Shown: positions 40,723-50,345 of the stretch, piece by piece
How the letters are laid out: every line of letters begins with the position of its first letter
How positions within the stretch are numbered: position 1 is the first letter of the stretch
Origin: Microbacterium sp.
Lineage (GTDB): Bacteria; Actinomycetota; Actinomycetes; Actinomycetales; Microbacteriaceae
Direction of reading: 5' to 3'
Assembly (NCBI RefSeq): GCF_049661145.1
Contig: NZ_JBASZT010000336.1
Location: 1 to 50,345, forward strand
Length of the DNA stretch: 50,345 nucleotides
The notes under the pieces: model-generated
What the model was told of the DNA's origin: nothing
Database searches by the model: none
Seen by the model: only the letters and a program-made list of their open reading frames with translations
Program-made: the position numbers and the translations under genes

Positions 40723-41775
40723 ATGCCCTCACCAGCCGACCGCGAGAAGGCCCTCGAATCGGCCCTCGCCCAGATCGACCGCCAGTTCGGAAAGGGCTCG
40801 GTCATGCGACTGGGTTCCGACGAGCGTGCGCCGGTCGAGGTCATCCCGACCGGTTCCATCGCGCTCGACGTCGCCCTCGGCGTCGGCGGGCTGCCGCGCG
40901 GGCGCATCGTCGAGATCTACGGACCGGAGTCCTCCGGCAAGACGACGCTGACCCTCCACGCGATCGCCAACGTGCAGCGCGCGGGCGGCATCGCCGCGTT
41001 CGTGGATGCCGAGCACGCACTCGACCCCGACTACGCGCAGAAGCTCGGTGTCGACATCGACCAGCTACTCGTATCGCAGCCCGACACGGGGGAGCAGGCG
41101 CTCGAGATCGCCGATATGCTCGTCCGGTCCGGGGCGATCGACCTCGTCGTCATCGACTCCGTCGCGGCCCTCGTGCCGAAGGCCGAGATCGAGGGTGAGA
41201 TGGGCGACTCCCATGTCGGTCTGCAGGCGCGTCTCATGTCGCAAGCGCTGCGCAAGCTCACCGGTGGCCTCAACCAGACCAACACGACGATGATCTTCAT
41301 CAACCAGCTTCGCGAGAAGATCGGCGTGTTCTTCGGATCACCCGAGACCACCGCCGGTGGCAAGGCGCTGAAGTTCTATGCGTCGGTGCGACTCGACATC
41401 CGCCGTATCGAGACCCTCAAGGACGGGACGGATGCCGTCGGCAACCGCACCCGCGTCAAGGTCGTCAAGAACAAGATGGCGCCGCCGTTCAAGCAAGCCG
41501 AGTTCGACATCCTGTACGGCGTCGGCATCTCGCGCGAAGGGTCGCTCATCGACTTCGGCGTCGAGCACGGCATCGTCAAGAAGTCGGGCTCCTGGTACAC
41601 CTACGACGGCGAGCAACTCGGTCAGGGCAAGGAGAATGCGCGCAACTTCTTGATCACGAACGACGACATCGCCGCGGAGATCGAGACCAAGATCAAGCAG
41701 AAGCTCGGCATCGGCCAGCCCAAGGTCGTCGAGGCGGCACCCGTCGCCGACCTGGCCTCCCGCCGCCCCGCGTGA
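40723..41775 (+). CDS. recA: Recombinase RecA (no intein)
   Basis: [24 protein letters not shown] and [14 protein letters not shown] at 40723 after AAGGAG. Confidence 0.99.
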   Translation: MPSPADREKALESALAQIDRQFGKGSVMRLGSDERAPVEVIPTGSIALDVALGVGGLPRGRIVEIYGPESSGKTTLTLHAIANVQRAGGIAAFVDAEHALDPDYAQKLGVDIDQLLVSQPDTGEQALEIADMLVRSGAIDLVVIDSVAALVPKAEIEGEMGDSHVGLQARLMSQALRKLTGGLNQTNTTMIFINQLREKIGVFFGSPETTAGGKALKFYASVRLDIRRIETLKDGTDAVGNRTRVKVVKNKMAPPFKQAEFDILYGVGISREGSLIDFGVEHGIVKKSGSWYTYDGEQLGQGKENARNFLITNDDIAAEIETKIKQKLGIGQPKVVEAAPVADLASRRPA

Positions 41776-42548
41776 TGCCCTCGGGCAACAACGATGACGG
41801 GGGCGACCTCGCCCCCGTCATCCCGCTCTTCGGGGACGCTCCGCGCGCCCCCCGAGCGCAGCGAGTCGAAGCGCCGCAGTCCCCCACCGGCGACCACGTG
41901 CCTGCGCGCAGCGGTGCTTCCCCGACCGGTGATCGAGTGCCCGCGCGCAGCGCGGGTGTATCGAGATCCCGTTCGCACCCCGAACACGACACCGCGAACT
42001 GGCACACGACCTGGGCCGAGGAGGCCGCGGACCAGGCTCCGTCCCTGCCCGCCGACGAGGTCGACCTCGCTGCATGCGCCGAGCAGGCGCTGCTGAAGAA
42101 GCTGCGGACGCGTTCGCTCTCCGAACGCGAGGCGCGCGGAGCGCTGCGCGAGCACGATCTCAGCGACGACACCGTCGAGACGCTCGTCGTGGGAATGCGT
42201 GGTCACGGCTACCTCGATGACGCGCGACTGGCGGAGCAGCTTATCCACACCGGCACGACCCGCAAGGGTCAGGGCAGGCAGGCGCTGGCGCAGACACTCG
42301 CCCAGCGCGGCATCCCCCGCGAGACCATAGATGCGGCCCTCGCGGAGTTTCCCGACGACGACGCTGATCGCGCGCTCGAGTTCGCACGGTCCAAGGCGAG
42401 GGCCATGGCCGGGCTCGATCGCGAGGTCGCCCTTCGCAGGCTCGCCGGCCAGCTGGCCCGCCGAGGCTACGGTCCGACCGCACTCTCGGCGGCGCGTCAG
42501 GCCCTCGACGAGTTCGTCCCGGCGCGTCGCTCCGTGCACTTCGAGTGA
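41772..42548 (+). CDS. recX: Regulatory protein RecX with N-terminal extension
   Basis: Coupled to rec[16 protein letters not shown] and LARRGY. Confidence 0.88.
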   Translation: MMPSGNNDDGGDLAPVIPLFGDAPRAPRAQRVEAPQSPTGDHVPARSGASPTGDRVPARSAGVSRSRSHPEHDTANWHTTWAEEAADQAPSLPADEVDLAACAEQALLKKLRTRSLSEREARGALREHDLSDDTVETLVVGMRGHGYLDDARLAEQLIHTGTTRKGQGRQALAQTLAQRGIPRETIDAALAEFPDDDADRALEFARSKARAMAGLDREVALRRLAGQLARRGYGPTALSAARQALDEFVPARRSVHFE

Positions 42549-42591
42549 CTGCTTCCTGGAGGACGGCGAAGAGAGGTGCGACGAGTAGCAC

Positions 42592-42942
42592 ATGGCAACA
42601 GTGCCAGTGCTAACGGATGATCACTGTCGCGGAGGCCGACAGACTGCACACCGCGAGCTCGGCCCGACGAAGGACGACGACAGCGCCGAGGGGATTGCTC
42701 GTGCGCGCTGGCTGCAGTACACCGACTACTACTCGCGCGGTGAATTTCTGACGATCACGGTGCAGGATGTGACCCTCGATGAGGATGCGCTCGCCGACGC
42801 GCAGAAGTACGAGTCTCTAGTGGCGGGCATCTCACTGTTCTGCGGCATCCAGACGATCGCGGCCGCAGATCGCGAGGCGTTCGCTTCGGCATCGGCGCCG
42901 TTCGCGGGTTTGGACCGCCCGGCCGCGACCCACTCGGACTGA
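42592..42942 (+). CDS. Hypothetical protein or gene remnant
   Basis: 116-aa ORF without recognisable motifs. Confidence 0.3.
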   Translation: MATVPVLTDDHCRGGRQTAHRELGPTKDDDSAEGIARARWLQYTDYYSRGEFLTITVQDVTLDEDALADAQKYESLVAGISLFCGIQTIAAADREAFASASAPFAGLDRPAATHSD

Positions 42943-43001
42943 GCGCGGCCACCGGCAGCCGGGGCCGCGTATCGAACTCTGTCTCGAGCCGGCGGCTCTG
43001 T

Positions 43002-43066
43002 CTCGTCGGGTGTCCTCGTCGGGTGTCCTCGTCGGGTGTCCTCGTCAAGTGTCCTCGTCAGGTGTC
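43002..43066 (+). repeat. Five 13-bp tandem units (CTCGTCRRGTGTC)
   Basis: 3x CTCGTCGGGTGTC, then CTCGTCAAGTGTC and CTCGTCAGGTGTC. Confidence 0.9.
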
Positions 43067-43261
43067 AAAGTGCAGCACGTCACCGGGTTGGCACTGCAGC
43101 ACGCGGCAGATCGCATCGAGCGTCGAGAACCGCACGGCCTTGGCGCGGCCGTTCTTGAGCACTGCGACATTCGCCGGAGTGATGCCGATCGCCTCGGCGA
43201 AGTCCCCCACGCTCATCCGGCGTTCGGCGAGCAACTGGTCGATCGAGATGCGGATTGCCAT
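43058..43261 (-). CDS. YozG-like Cro/CI HTH regulator
   Basis: IGITPANVAVLKNGRAKAVRFSTLDAICRVLQCQPGD; ATG at 43261. Confidence 0.92.
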   Translation of the reverse strand: MAIRISIDQLLAERRMSVGDFAEAIGITPANVAVLKNGRAKAVRFSTLDAICRVLQCQPGDVLHFDT

Positions 43262-43755
43262 CAGACGACCTCGTCCAGCTCTTCGCGGAGCGCGATGGCC
43301 TGTCCGAGCAGTGACCGGAGCACGACCAGGATGCTGGCGAGGGTCGCGAGCCCCAGGCATGCCAACACCTGCGCGAGCGCGAGGAAGGGACTCCCCGCTT
43401 GTCCGTTGCTGATCACGATGAAGCCGAAGGCGACGAGCAAGGCAGCGCACAAGAGGCAGGCGACGACGACATCGACCCAGAGCAGGGACGAGCGCGCGAA
43501 CACGGTCCCGCGGGAGATCCGGCGAACGAGGAGCATCACCATCCCGAGCGCGAGCGTGCCGAGGATCGTGACGGCGATCGCGAGTGCGAGCAGGGGCGAG
43601 CGCAGGTCGGCGTACTCGGGCAGGCCGTCGGCGACATCGGCGGACAAGCCGGGCAGGAACGCCAGCGCGGCGACGCCGACGAGGAACAGCGCGCCCAGGA
43701 GAACCTGCGTCACGAGGACGACGGTGCGCGACGGTCGGGGGAAAGTGACGATCAT
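43261..43755 (-). CDS. DUF2975 membrane protein
   Basis: 4 TM segments ending QAIALREELDEVV; coupled to the YozG-like gene. Confidence 0.85.
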   Translation of the reverse strand: MIVTFPRPSRTVVLVTQVLLGALFLVGVAALAFLPGLSADVADGLPEYADLRSPLLALAIAVTILGTLALGMVMLLVRRISRGTVFARSSLLWVDVVVACLLCAALLVAFGFIVISNGQAGSPFLALAQVLACLGLATLASILVVLRSLLGQAIALREELDEVV

Positions 43756-43796
43756 ATATCGATTATCGATCGATGATCTATCGAATGTCAATAGAT
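43754..43796 (-). promoter_or_regulatory. Leaderless promoter with twin palindromic operators
   Basis: TTGACA-N18-GATAAT-N6-ATG on the minus strand, overlapped by two 21-bp ATNTATCGA-N3-TCRATNGAT sites. Confidence 0.65.
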
Positions 43797-43872
43797 GCAG
43801 TCGACGGTGCGGGCGAGCGCATCTGCCTCCGCTCGGTGGCATCTCCGAGCGAAGGCCCCGGCTCGACGACGC

Positions 43873-45504
43873 TCAGGCGGGCGCGTGCGAGGGCGCGGCG
43901 TAGGTCGGGATGCCCTCGAGCAACGTGAGAAGCGGCCGTGCCCGTGCCATGTCCTCGGGTGCCGCCGACAGCGGGTCGACGTCGATGACGACAAGGTCGG
44001 CGGGGGCTCCCACTGCCAGCGTTCCACCTGCTGATCCGACGGAGGAATGCGCGTGCGTCGTGTAGCCCTCCAGCGCCTGGTGAGCCGCGAGGGCCTGATC
44101 GAAACCGACGGGTGGCATGCTGGGTCGTTCCGCCGGCCGCCGCAGCTGTGCCGCGGCCATGATCGCCCACGGGTCGAATCCCGCGACCGGCCAGTCGGAT
44201 CCGAGTGCCAGTGTGACCCCTGCCCGGCGGATGTCGCCGGTTCGCCACGCGTGGGCTGCACGCTCGGGTCCGAGACGCCTCGACCAGTCGTCGCTGCCGT
44301 CCGCGCGCACGAAGTGCGTGCAGTGCGTCGGCTGCATGCTTGCGGCGATGCCATGGGCGCTCAGGAGCGCGATCGTGTCATCGTCCGCCGACTCGAGGTG
44401 CTCGATGCGGTGTTGCGGCGCTCCCGGTGCGCCCGGGGGGAGGGCGGCGAGCGTCTCGGCGGCGAAGCGGATCCCCCGTTCCCCGATCGCGTGCGTCGTG
44501 GTCGGGATGCCCCGGTCGTGGAACAGCCGGATGCGAGAGACATAGGCGTCGTGGTCGCTCCACGTCGCCGTCAGGCATTGCCCGTCGGCATCCGGTGTGT
44601 CGAGCCAGGCGGTTCCGCCTTCGACGGTGCCGTCGATGAAGAACTTCACGCCTTCCACCCGGAAGCGGCGCCCGCCCGTGCCCTGAAGGGCGACGAGCCG
44701 AGCGATGTCGTCGTCGGTGGTGGACGGTTCGCACCACGGCGACAGACGCAGTCTCACCGACAGTTCGCCGTCGGCCTCGATCGCGCGCAGCAGATCCAGC
44801 GCGTCGTCGTCCTTCAGGTCCATGACGTGTGCCGACGTGATGCCGAGCGCGGCGATGTCGCCGAGGAGTGCCCGCAACTGCCGGGTGCGGCTCTCGAAGG
44901 TCGGCGTCGGTATCACTGCCTCCACGCGATCCATGGCGGGAAACTCCAGCAGCAACCCCGACGGCCGACCGGTGCCGTCGTCGACGACCGTCGCGCCGTC
45001 GCTCGACCTGGACGGCTCAGTGATCCCCGCCCGGGCGAGCGCGGCATCCGAAGCCAACGCGCCGTGCGCGTCGAACATCTTGACGTAGACAGGGCGTTCG
45101 TCGCCGAACACGTCCCGCAGGAGGTCGTTGTTCAGTGGACGCCCTTCGAATGCATTGGGGTCGAGGCCCCACGCGAAGGACCACTCGTTCTCCCGCTGCT
45201 CGTCGCGCCCTCGCTCGAGCGCTTCGCGCAGCCCGTCGTAGGTGGTCACGCCGACGAGCGACGTGCCGCGGGCGACGCTGAGGCTGTAGATCGGATGCAT
45301 GTGCGAGTCGTTGAGTCCGGGCACGATCGTCGCAGCCGCGAACTCGAAGACCTCGGTGTGGGACCCGACGACGTGCGCGAGCTCGGCGAAGCGTCCGGTC
45401 CCGATGATTCGCCCGCCCGCGATCGCGATGGCGTCGACGTGCTCCGAGCCTTCGTGCATCGTATGAACCCGAGCGGCCCTGACGACGGTATCCGCTGTTG
45501 TCAT
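43873..45504 (-). CDS. YtcJ-like amidohydrolase (Amidohydro_3)
   Basis: PGLNDSHMH, VKFFIDG, HAIGE, HRIEH and GSDWP; ATG at 45504. Confidence 0.92.
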   Translation of the reverse strand: MTTADTVVRAARVHTMHEGSEHVDAIAIAGGRIIGTGRFAELAHVVGSHTEVFEFAAATIVPGLNDSHMHPIYSLSVARGTSLVGVTTYDGLREALERGRDEQRENEWSFAWGLDPNAFEGRPLNNDLLRDVFGDERPVYVKMFDAHGALASDAALARAGITEPSRSSDGATVVDDGTGRPSGLLLEFPAMDRVEAVIPTPTFESRTRQLRALLGDIAALGITSAHVMDLKDDDALDLLRAIEADGELSVRLRLSPWCEPSTTDDDIARLVALQGTGGRRFRVEGVKFFIDGTVEGGTAWLDTPDADGQCLTATWSDHDAYVSRIRLFHDRGIPTTTHAIGERGIRFAAETLAALPPGAPGAPQHRIEHLESADDDTIALLSAHGIAASMQPTHCTHFVRADGSDDWSRRLGPERAAHAWRTGDIRRAGVTLALGSDWPVAGFDPWAIMAAAQLRRPAERPSMPPVGFDQALAAHQALEGYTTHAHSSVGSAGGTLAVGAPADLVVIDVDPLSAAPEDMARARPLLTLLEGIPTYAAPSHAPA

Positions 45505-45523
45505 CTGTCTGCTCCTCGGTGGG

Positions 45524-46903
45524 TCACTCTGCGAGGTCCAGCGTGGGCGTCGGGCGCCGGAACCCACGTGTGATGACGAGCAGGATCACGAACCCGACAG
45601 CAGCCCACGACAGGCCGATGACGAACGTCGTCGGTGCCAGGTTGGTCCACAGCCAGAGGGTCAGCGCGAGCCCGATGCAGGGCAGCACCACATTGTTCAG
45701 GACACCCCACCCCGCGCGCTCCTTCAGGTCGACGAAGTAGTGCTTGACGACGGAGAGATTCACGAACGAGAACGCGATGAGCGCGCCGAAACTGATCATG
45801 CTGGCGAGCAATTCGAGATCGAGCACGAGCGCGAGGAGCGAGACCGCCGAGACGATCAGGATCGCGAAGACCGGCGTGCCGAACCGTGTGCTGAGGTGTC
45901 CGAACACGGGTCGCGGCAGCACGCCGTCGCGCCCCATCGCGAACAGGATGCGGGACACCGACGCCTGCGAGGTCAGGGCGGACCCGAGGGCACCGGCGAT
46001 GAACCCGCTGATGAACAGGGTCGACAGCCACTGCCCGCCGAGCGAGGCCACGACATCGAGAGAGGCCGTGTCGACCGATCCGAAGACGTTGGACGGGTAG
46101 GCGATCTGGGCGAGGTAGGACAGCAGGATGTAGATGAGGCCCGCCGAGACCGTGACGATCATGATGGCGCGCGGCACGGATCGCGTGGGCTGCTTCGCTT
46201 CTTCTGCCAGCGTCGAGATCGAATCGAATCCGAGGAACGACAAGCACAGGATGGCGGCGCCCGCGAACAGCAGCCCGACCCCGTCCGCGGAGCCGTCGCC
46301 GCGGAACGGAAGCATCGGGTCGACGCCGTTGCCGACAGCTGCCGCGATGGAGAGGGCAACGAACACCACGATGAAGATCGTCTGCACGGCGACGATCACG
46401 AAGTTCGCCCGGGCGATGGACCTGATGCCGATGATGTTGAGCGCCGTGACCAACAGGATGGACGCCAGGATCCACACCCACGGTGGGATCACCGGAAAGG
46501 CGCTGCTCAGATAGAGGCCGAGGATCAGGTAGTTGATCATCGGGAGGAAGAGGTAGTCGAGCAGCAGTGACCAGCCGGTGAGGAAACCGACCGCGCCGCC
46601 GAAGCTCTGCTGAGTGTAGACGTAGGCCGATCCCGCATACGGGTAGGCGACCGTCATCCGCGCGTAGGAGCGCGCCGTGAACACCATCGCGACGAGCGTG
46701 ATGATGTACGACAGCGCGACGCGACCGCCGGTCAGCTGCGTGACGATTCCGTAGGTTGTGAACGCCGTGAGCGGCACCATGTAGACGAGACCGAACAGGA
46801 CGAGTGACGGAACGCCCAGTACGCGCTTGAAGTTCCCCGCCGTGGCCTCGGGGGCGCCCTGGGTCGGACGGGGGAGCGATGCGTCGGGTGCGGGATGGGC
46901 CAT
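45524..46903 (-). CDS. APC family amino acid/polyamine permease (PuuP-like)
   Basis: GLVYMVP, AGSAYVY, LSFLGFDSISTLAEE; ~12 TM segments. Confidence 0.92.
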   Translation of the reverse strand: MAHPAPDASLPRPTQGAPEATAGNFKRVLGVPSLVLFGLVYMVPLTAFTTYGIVTQLTGGRVALSYIITLVAMVFTARSYARMTVAYPYAGSAYVYTQQSFGGAVGFLTGWSLLLDYLFLPMINYLILGLYLSSAFPVIPPWVWILASILLVTALNIIGIRSIARANFVIVAVQTIFIVVFVALSIAAAVGNGVDPMLPFRGDGSADGVGLLFAGAAILCLSFLGFDSISTLAEEAKQPTRSVPRAIMIVTVSAGLIYILLSYLAQIAYPSNVFGSVDTASLDVVASLGGQWLSTLFISGFIAGALGSALTSQASVSRILFAMGRDGVLPRPVFGHLSTRFGTPVFAILIVSAVSLLALVLDLELLASMISFGALIAFSFVNLSVVKHYFVDLKERAGWGVLNNVVLPCIGLALTLWLWTNLAPTTFVIGLSWAAVGFVILLVITRGFRRPTPTLDLAE

Positions 46904-47004
46904 GGCTTGCTCCTCTCACACGGCGCTGAGGCACCGGATGTCGCGGAGGGGATGACGGTTCATCGGGGCGATCGCGAAAGGTGCTCACTCGTGACCGGAC
47001 CGGA

Positions 47005-47024
47005 GTGCTATATCGATAAAGCGC
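47005..47024. promoter_or_regulatory. Candidate LacI-family operator
   Basis: GTGCTATATCGATAAAGCGC, an imperfect palindrome with central CG upstream of the permease. Confidence 0.55.
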
Positions 47025-47069
47025 AAGCTAGCAACGCCGACATCGCACAGGCAAGCGCACGTGGCCGAC

Positions 47070-48110
47070 TCAGTGGTCGTGTTTACAACCTCGTAACAGT
47101 CGCGACGTCGACTCCCGTCGGCAGAGCGCGATCGGGACGACGTCCTGGAAGTACGGCGCCGGCTCCGCCGCATCGCCGGACTCGAGGACGGTACGAAGCG
47201 CCTGCACGCATCGGCGGCCGAATTCTCGCGCGCGGAGGTCGAGTGCGGTGATCGGGGGGTTCGTGAACCGCAGAATGTCGGAGTCCACGACCGTGGCCAC
47301 GAGCAGATCCGTCCCCGCCCGCCGGCCGGCCTGTTCCGCGCCGGTGACCACGTTGAGGACGACGCCATCGGAGCCCGCCACGATCGCGTCCACGGGCGAC
47401 GCGCTCGCGCGCAGCAACTCCGCAACGGCAGCGCGGACCTCGTCGGGTGGTGCGGGATGCCGAATGGGTAGGACCTGACCGACCGTGTCGTTGTCCCGGC
47501 ACCACCGCTCGAACGCGCTTCGCACCGAGATCGCCCAGTGGGACCGGACCTCGGGGGAGACCAGCGCGGGGCGGCGGGCGCCGCGCTCGGCGAGATGATC
47601 CATCAGCTCGGCGACTGCCGCCCGGTGATCGCTCACCACCGCCGCGCGTCCCGGGGGAAGACCCGGCGGTACGGGTTCGCCCGTGACGACAGGGAGCGTC
47701 CCCGTCAGCATCGCGTGTGCCGACGGGTCGTCGGCGTCCGGGTCGAGCAGGACGACCCCGTCCGCGTGCAGACGCTGCAGGTTTCCGGGACGTACGTCCG
47801 CGGGGATCAGCGAAACCACCATTCCGCTGCGCTCGGCCTCCTCGACCACCCCGAAGGTCGCCTCCATGTAGTACGACATACTGCTCGTGTGTCGTGGTAG
47901 GCGCAGTGCGATGATTCCGGTCCGCGACCCTCGGAGCCGCCGCGCGAGGGTGTTCGGCTGGTACCCGAGTTCGCGGGCGACGGCGAGCACGTGCTCTTTC
48001 ATGCTCTCGGACACGCGCCCATTGCCCGTGATGGCGTTGGAGACGGTCGAGCGGGTGACCCCGACGCGGTCGGCGATGTCCTGCAGCGTCACTGCTCGGT
48101 GATCGTGCAT
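47070..48110 (-). CDS. LacI family transcriptional regulator
   Basis: [17 protein letters not shown]...LGYQPN and PPITAL. Confidence 0.95.
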   Translation of the reverse strand: MHDHRAVTLQDIADRVGVTRSTVSNAITGNGRVSESMKEHVLAVARELGYQPNTLARRLRGSRTGIIALRLPRHTSSMSYYMEATFGVVEEAERSGMVVSLIPADVRPGNLQRLHADGVVLLDPDADDPSAHAMLTGTLPVVTGEPVPPGLPPGRAAVVSDHRAAVAELMDHLAERGARRPALVSPEVRSHWAISVRSAFERWCRDNDTVGQVLPIRHPAPPDEVRAAVAELLRASASPVDAIVAGSDGVVLNVVTGAEQAGRRAGTDLLVATVVDSDILRFTNPPITALDLRAREFGRRCVQALRTVLESGDAAEPAPYFQDVVPIALCRRESTSRLLRGCKHDH

Positions 48111-48169
48111 GGAACGAACCTATCGCCCGGTTCTCGCGGCCGGCGCAGCGTGCGGCGCGTACTCGTAGA

Positions 48170-49732
48170 ATGGCACGCATCATGACCTCTCCGTCCGCCG
48201 CATCCACGCTGATCGCGCCGTCGTCGGCGGCCGTCGCCGAAGGCGGCCGTGTGCGCACCTACGAAGTGCGCACCTTCGGCTGCCAGATGAACGTCCACGA
48301 CTCCGAGCGCCTGTCCGGCTCGCTCGAGAGCGCGGGCTACGTGCGGGCGGATGCCGGGGCAGAGGCGGACATCATCGTCATCAACACGTGCGCCGTGCGC
48401 GACAACGCCGCCGGCAAGCTGTACGGCACGCTGGGGCACCTGAAGAGCCGCAAGGACAAGCACGAGGGCATGCAGATCGCGGTCGGCGGATGCCTCGCCC
48501 AGATGGACAAGGATGCCGTGCTCGACAAAGCCCCCTGGGTCGACGTCGTGTTCGGCACCCACAACATGGGTTCCCTCCCCGGCCTGCTGGAACGCGCCCG
48601 GCACAACGGTGACGCGGAACTCGAGATCCTCGAATCGCTCGAAGTCTTCCCGTCCACTCTGCCCACCAAGCGCGACTCCGTCTATAGCGGCTGGGTGTCG
48701 ATCTCGGTCGGCTGCAACAACACGTGCACGTTCTGCATCGTCCCGCACCTGCGGGGCAAGGAGAAGGACCGGCGTCCCGGCGACATCCTGAACGAGATCC
48801 GGCTGCTCGTCGACGACGGCGCGATCGAGGTGACCCTGCTCGGCCAGAACGTCAACAGCTACGGCGTCGAGTTCGGCGACCGCCAGGCCTTCGGCAAGCT
48901 GCTGCGCGCCGCCGGCGAGATTCCCGGTCTGGAGCGCATCCGCTTCACGAGCCCGCACCCCGCCGCCTTCACCGACGACGTCATCGACGCGATGGCCGAG
49001 ACCGGCGCCGTCATGCCGCAGCTGCACATGCCGCTGCAGTCAGGATCGGACCGCATCCTCAAGGCGATGCGCAGGTCGTACCGGAGCGCGCGGTTCCTCG
49101 GCATCCTGGACCGTGTGCGCGCCAGGATGCCGCACGCGGCCATCACGACCGACATCATCGTCGGCTTCCCCGGCGAGACCGACGAGGACTTCGAGGACAC
49201 GCTGTGCGTCGTCGAGCAGGCGCGTTTTTCGAGCGCGTTCACCTTCCAGTACTCCATCCGCGAGGGCACGCCCGCTGCGACGATGCCCGATCAAGTACCG
49301 AAGGCCATCGTGCAGGAACGGTATGAGCGTCTCGTCGCCCTGCAGGACCGGATCAGCCTGGAGGAGAACCAGCGCCAGCTCGGCCGACGCGTCGAGGTGC
49401 TGGTGTCGGCCGGCGAGGGCAAGAAGGATGCCGAGACGCACCGCCTCACCGGCCGTGCCGAGGACGGCAGGCTCGTGCATTTCGAGTTGCCGGTCGCCGG
49501 CGCCGTCCCACGCCCGGGTGATGTCGTCTCGGTGACTGTCACCCATGCCGCTCCCTTCCACCTGCTGGCCGACAGCACCGATGGCGCGCCGCTCGCCATC
49601 CGCCGCACCCGTGCCGGCGATGCCTGGGATCGCGCGCAGGCCGAGTCCTGCGCCGTCCCCGCAACCGCCGGAACCGCGGGCGCCCCGCGAGCCGTGGGCC
49701 TCGGCATCCCCACCCTGCGCGTCGGGCCTTGA
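48170..49732 (+). CDS. miaB: tRNA i6A37 methylthiotransferase
   Basis: [26 protein letters not shown] radical-SAM motif and TRAM domain. Confidence 0.97.
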   Translation: MARIMTSPSAASTLIAPSSAAVAEGGRVRTYEVRTFGCQMNVHDSERLSGSLESAGYVRADAGAEADIIVINTCAVRDNAAGKLYGTLGHLKSRKDKHEGMQIAVGGCLAQMDKDAVLDKAPWVDVVFGTHNMGSLPGLLERARHNGDAELEILESLEVFPSTLPTKRDSVYSGWVSISVGCNNTCTFCIVPHLRGKEKDRRPGDILNEIRLLVDDGAIEVTLLGQNVNSYGVEFGDRQAFGKLLRAAGEIPGLERIRFTSPHPAAFTDDVIDAMAETGAVMPQLHMPLQSGSDRILKAMRRSYRSARFLGILDRVRARMPHAAITTDIIVGFPGETDEDFEDTLCVVEQARFSSAFTFQYSIREGTPAATMPDQVPKAIVQERYERLVALQDRISLEENQRQLGRRVEVLVSAGEGKKDAETHRLTGRAEDGRLVHFELPVAGAVPRPGDVVSVTVTHAAPFHLLADSTDGAPLAIRRTRAGDAWDRAQAESCAVPATAGTAGAPRAVGLGIPTLRVGP

Positions 49733-49832
49733 TCGGCTCCGGTCGCCCCGCGAGGCCGAAGGCCGAGTCGAAACGCAGCCAGCCGATGGGGAGCGTTTCG
49801 ACCCGCCGCGTCCGCAAAGCGGCCAGATCACT

Positions 49833-50345
49833 GTGAGTGATCCGCAGCTCTGGACGATCGTCGGGGCGACCGGCACCGGCAAGACCGACCTCTCGCTACG
49901 GCTCGCCGAGGCGTTGCGCAACCGCGGCCGCGACGCCGAGATCGTGAACGCCGACGCGATGCAGCTCTATCGGGGAATGGACATCGGCACGGCGAAGCTC
50001 CCGGTGGCCGAGCGCCGCGGCATCCCGCACCACCTGTTCGACGTCCTGGAGGTGACCGACGAGGCGGCGGTGGCCTGGTACCAGGATGCCGCGCGCACCG
50101 CGATCGGCGAGATCCACGCCCGCGGCGCGGACGCCATCCTCGTCGGCGGCTCCGGCCTGTACGTGTCGAGCGTGATCTACGACTTCCGCTTTCCGCCGCG
50201 CGACGACGGGTTGCGCGCCGAACTGGAAGCGGAGCTGGAGCGGGTCGGTGCCGGCGCCCTGTACGAACGGCTGCGGCAGGCCGATCCGGCGACGGCCGCG
50301 CGTATCGACCCCCGCAACGGCCGCCGGATCGTGCGGGCCCTGGAG
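49833..50345 (+). CDS. miaA: tRNA dimethylallyltransferase (3'-partial)
   Basis: Manual translation from GTG 49833: [31 protein letters not shown] and VGGSGLY; absent from the ORF track because it runs off the window. Confidence 0.95.
   Translation, partial: MSDPQLWTIVGATGTGKTDLSLRLAEALRNRGRDAEIVNADAMQLYRGMDIGTAKLPVAERRGIPHHLFDVLEVTDEAAVAWYQDAARTAIGEIHARGADAILVGGSGLYVSSVIYDFRFPPRDDGLRAELEAELERVGAGALYERLRQADPATAARIDPRNGRRIVRALE

Noticed and set aside
40723..41775. Intein in RecA
   Set aside because: Standard 350-aa length with contiguous motifs

Overview
High-GC actinobacterial chromosome segment, Microbacterium/Microbacteriaceae-like by gene order and protein style (inference). The conserved backbone is pnp-dapB-thyA-folA-dapA-rnj-ftsK-pgsA-cinA-clgR-recA-recX-miaB-miaA. 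It is interrupted by four accessory blocks. (1) A 5.3-kb signalling island flanked by 28-bp direct repeats, carrying two complementary degenerate histidine kinases, an orphan DctP lipoprotein and a response regulator. (2) A ~13-kb cluster with two IdeR/DtxR iron boxes: a GltB-like protein coupled to a diflavin reductase and a HemS-like protein, facing a PrpD/ComA/Sua5-like/TrxR-like operon. (3) A DUF559-like nuclease gene flanked by four 49-bp palindromes. (4) A LacI/APC permease/amidohydrolase block. The most striking unexplained signal is a 68-69 bp dispersed element in three copies, bounded by YYAG tetranucleotides and carrying subterminal hairpins; two copies sit in-frame inside protein-coding genes in opposite orientations. 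All calls come from reading the sequence by eye; no searches were run.
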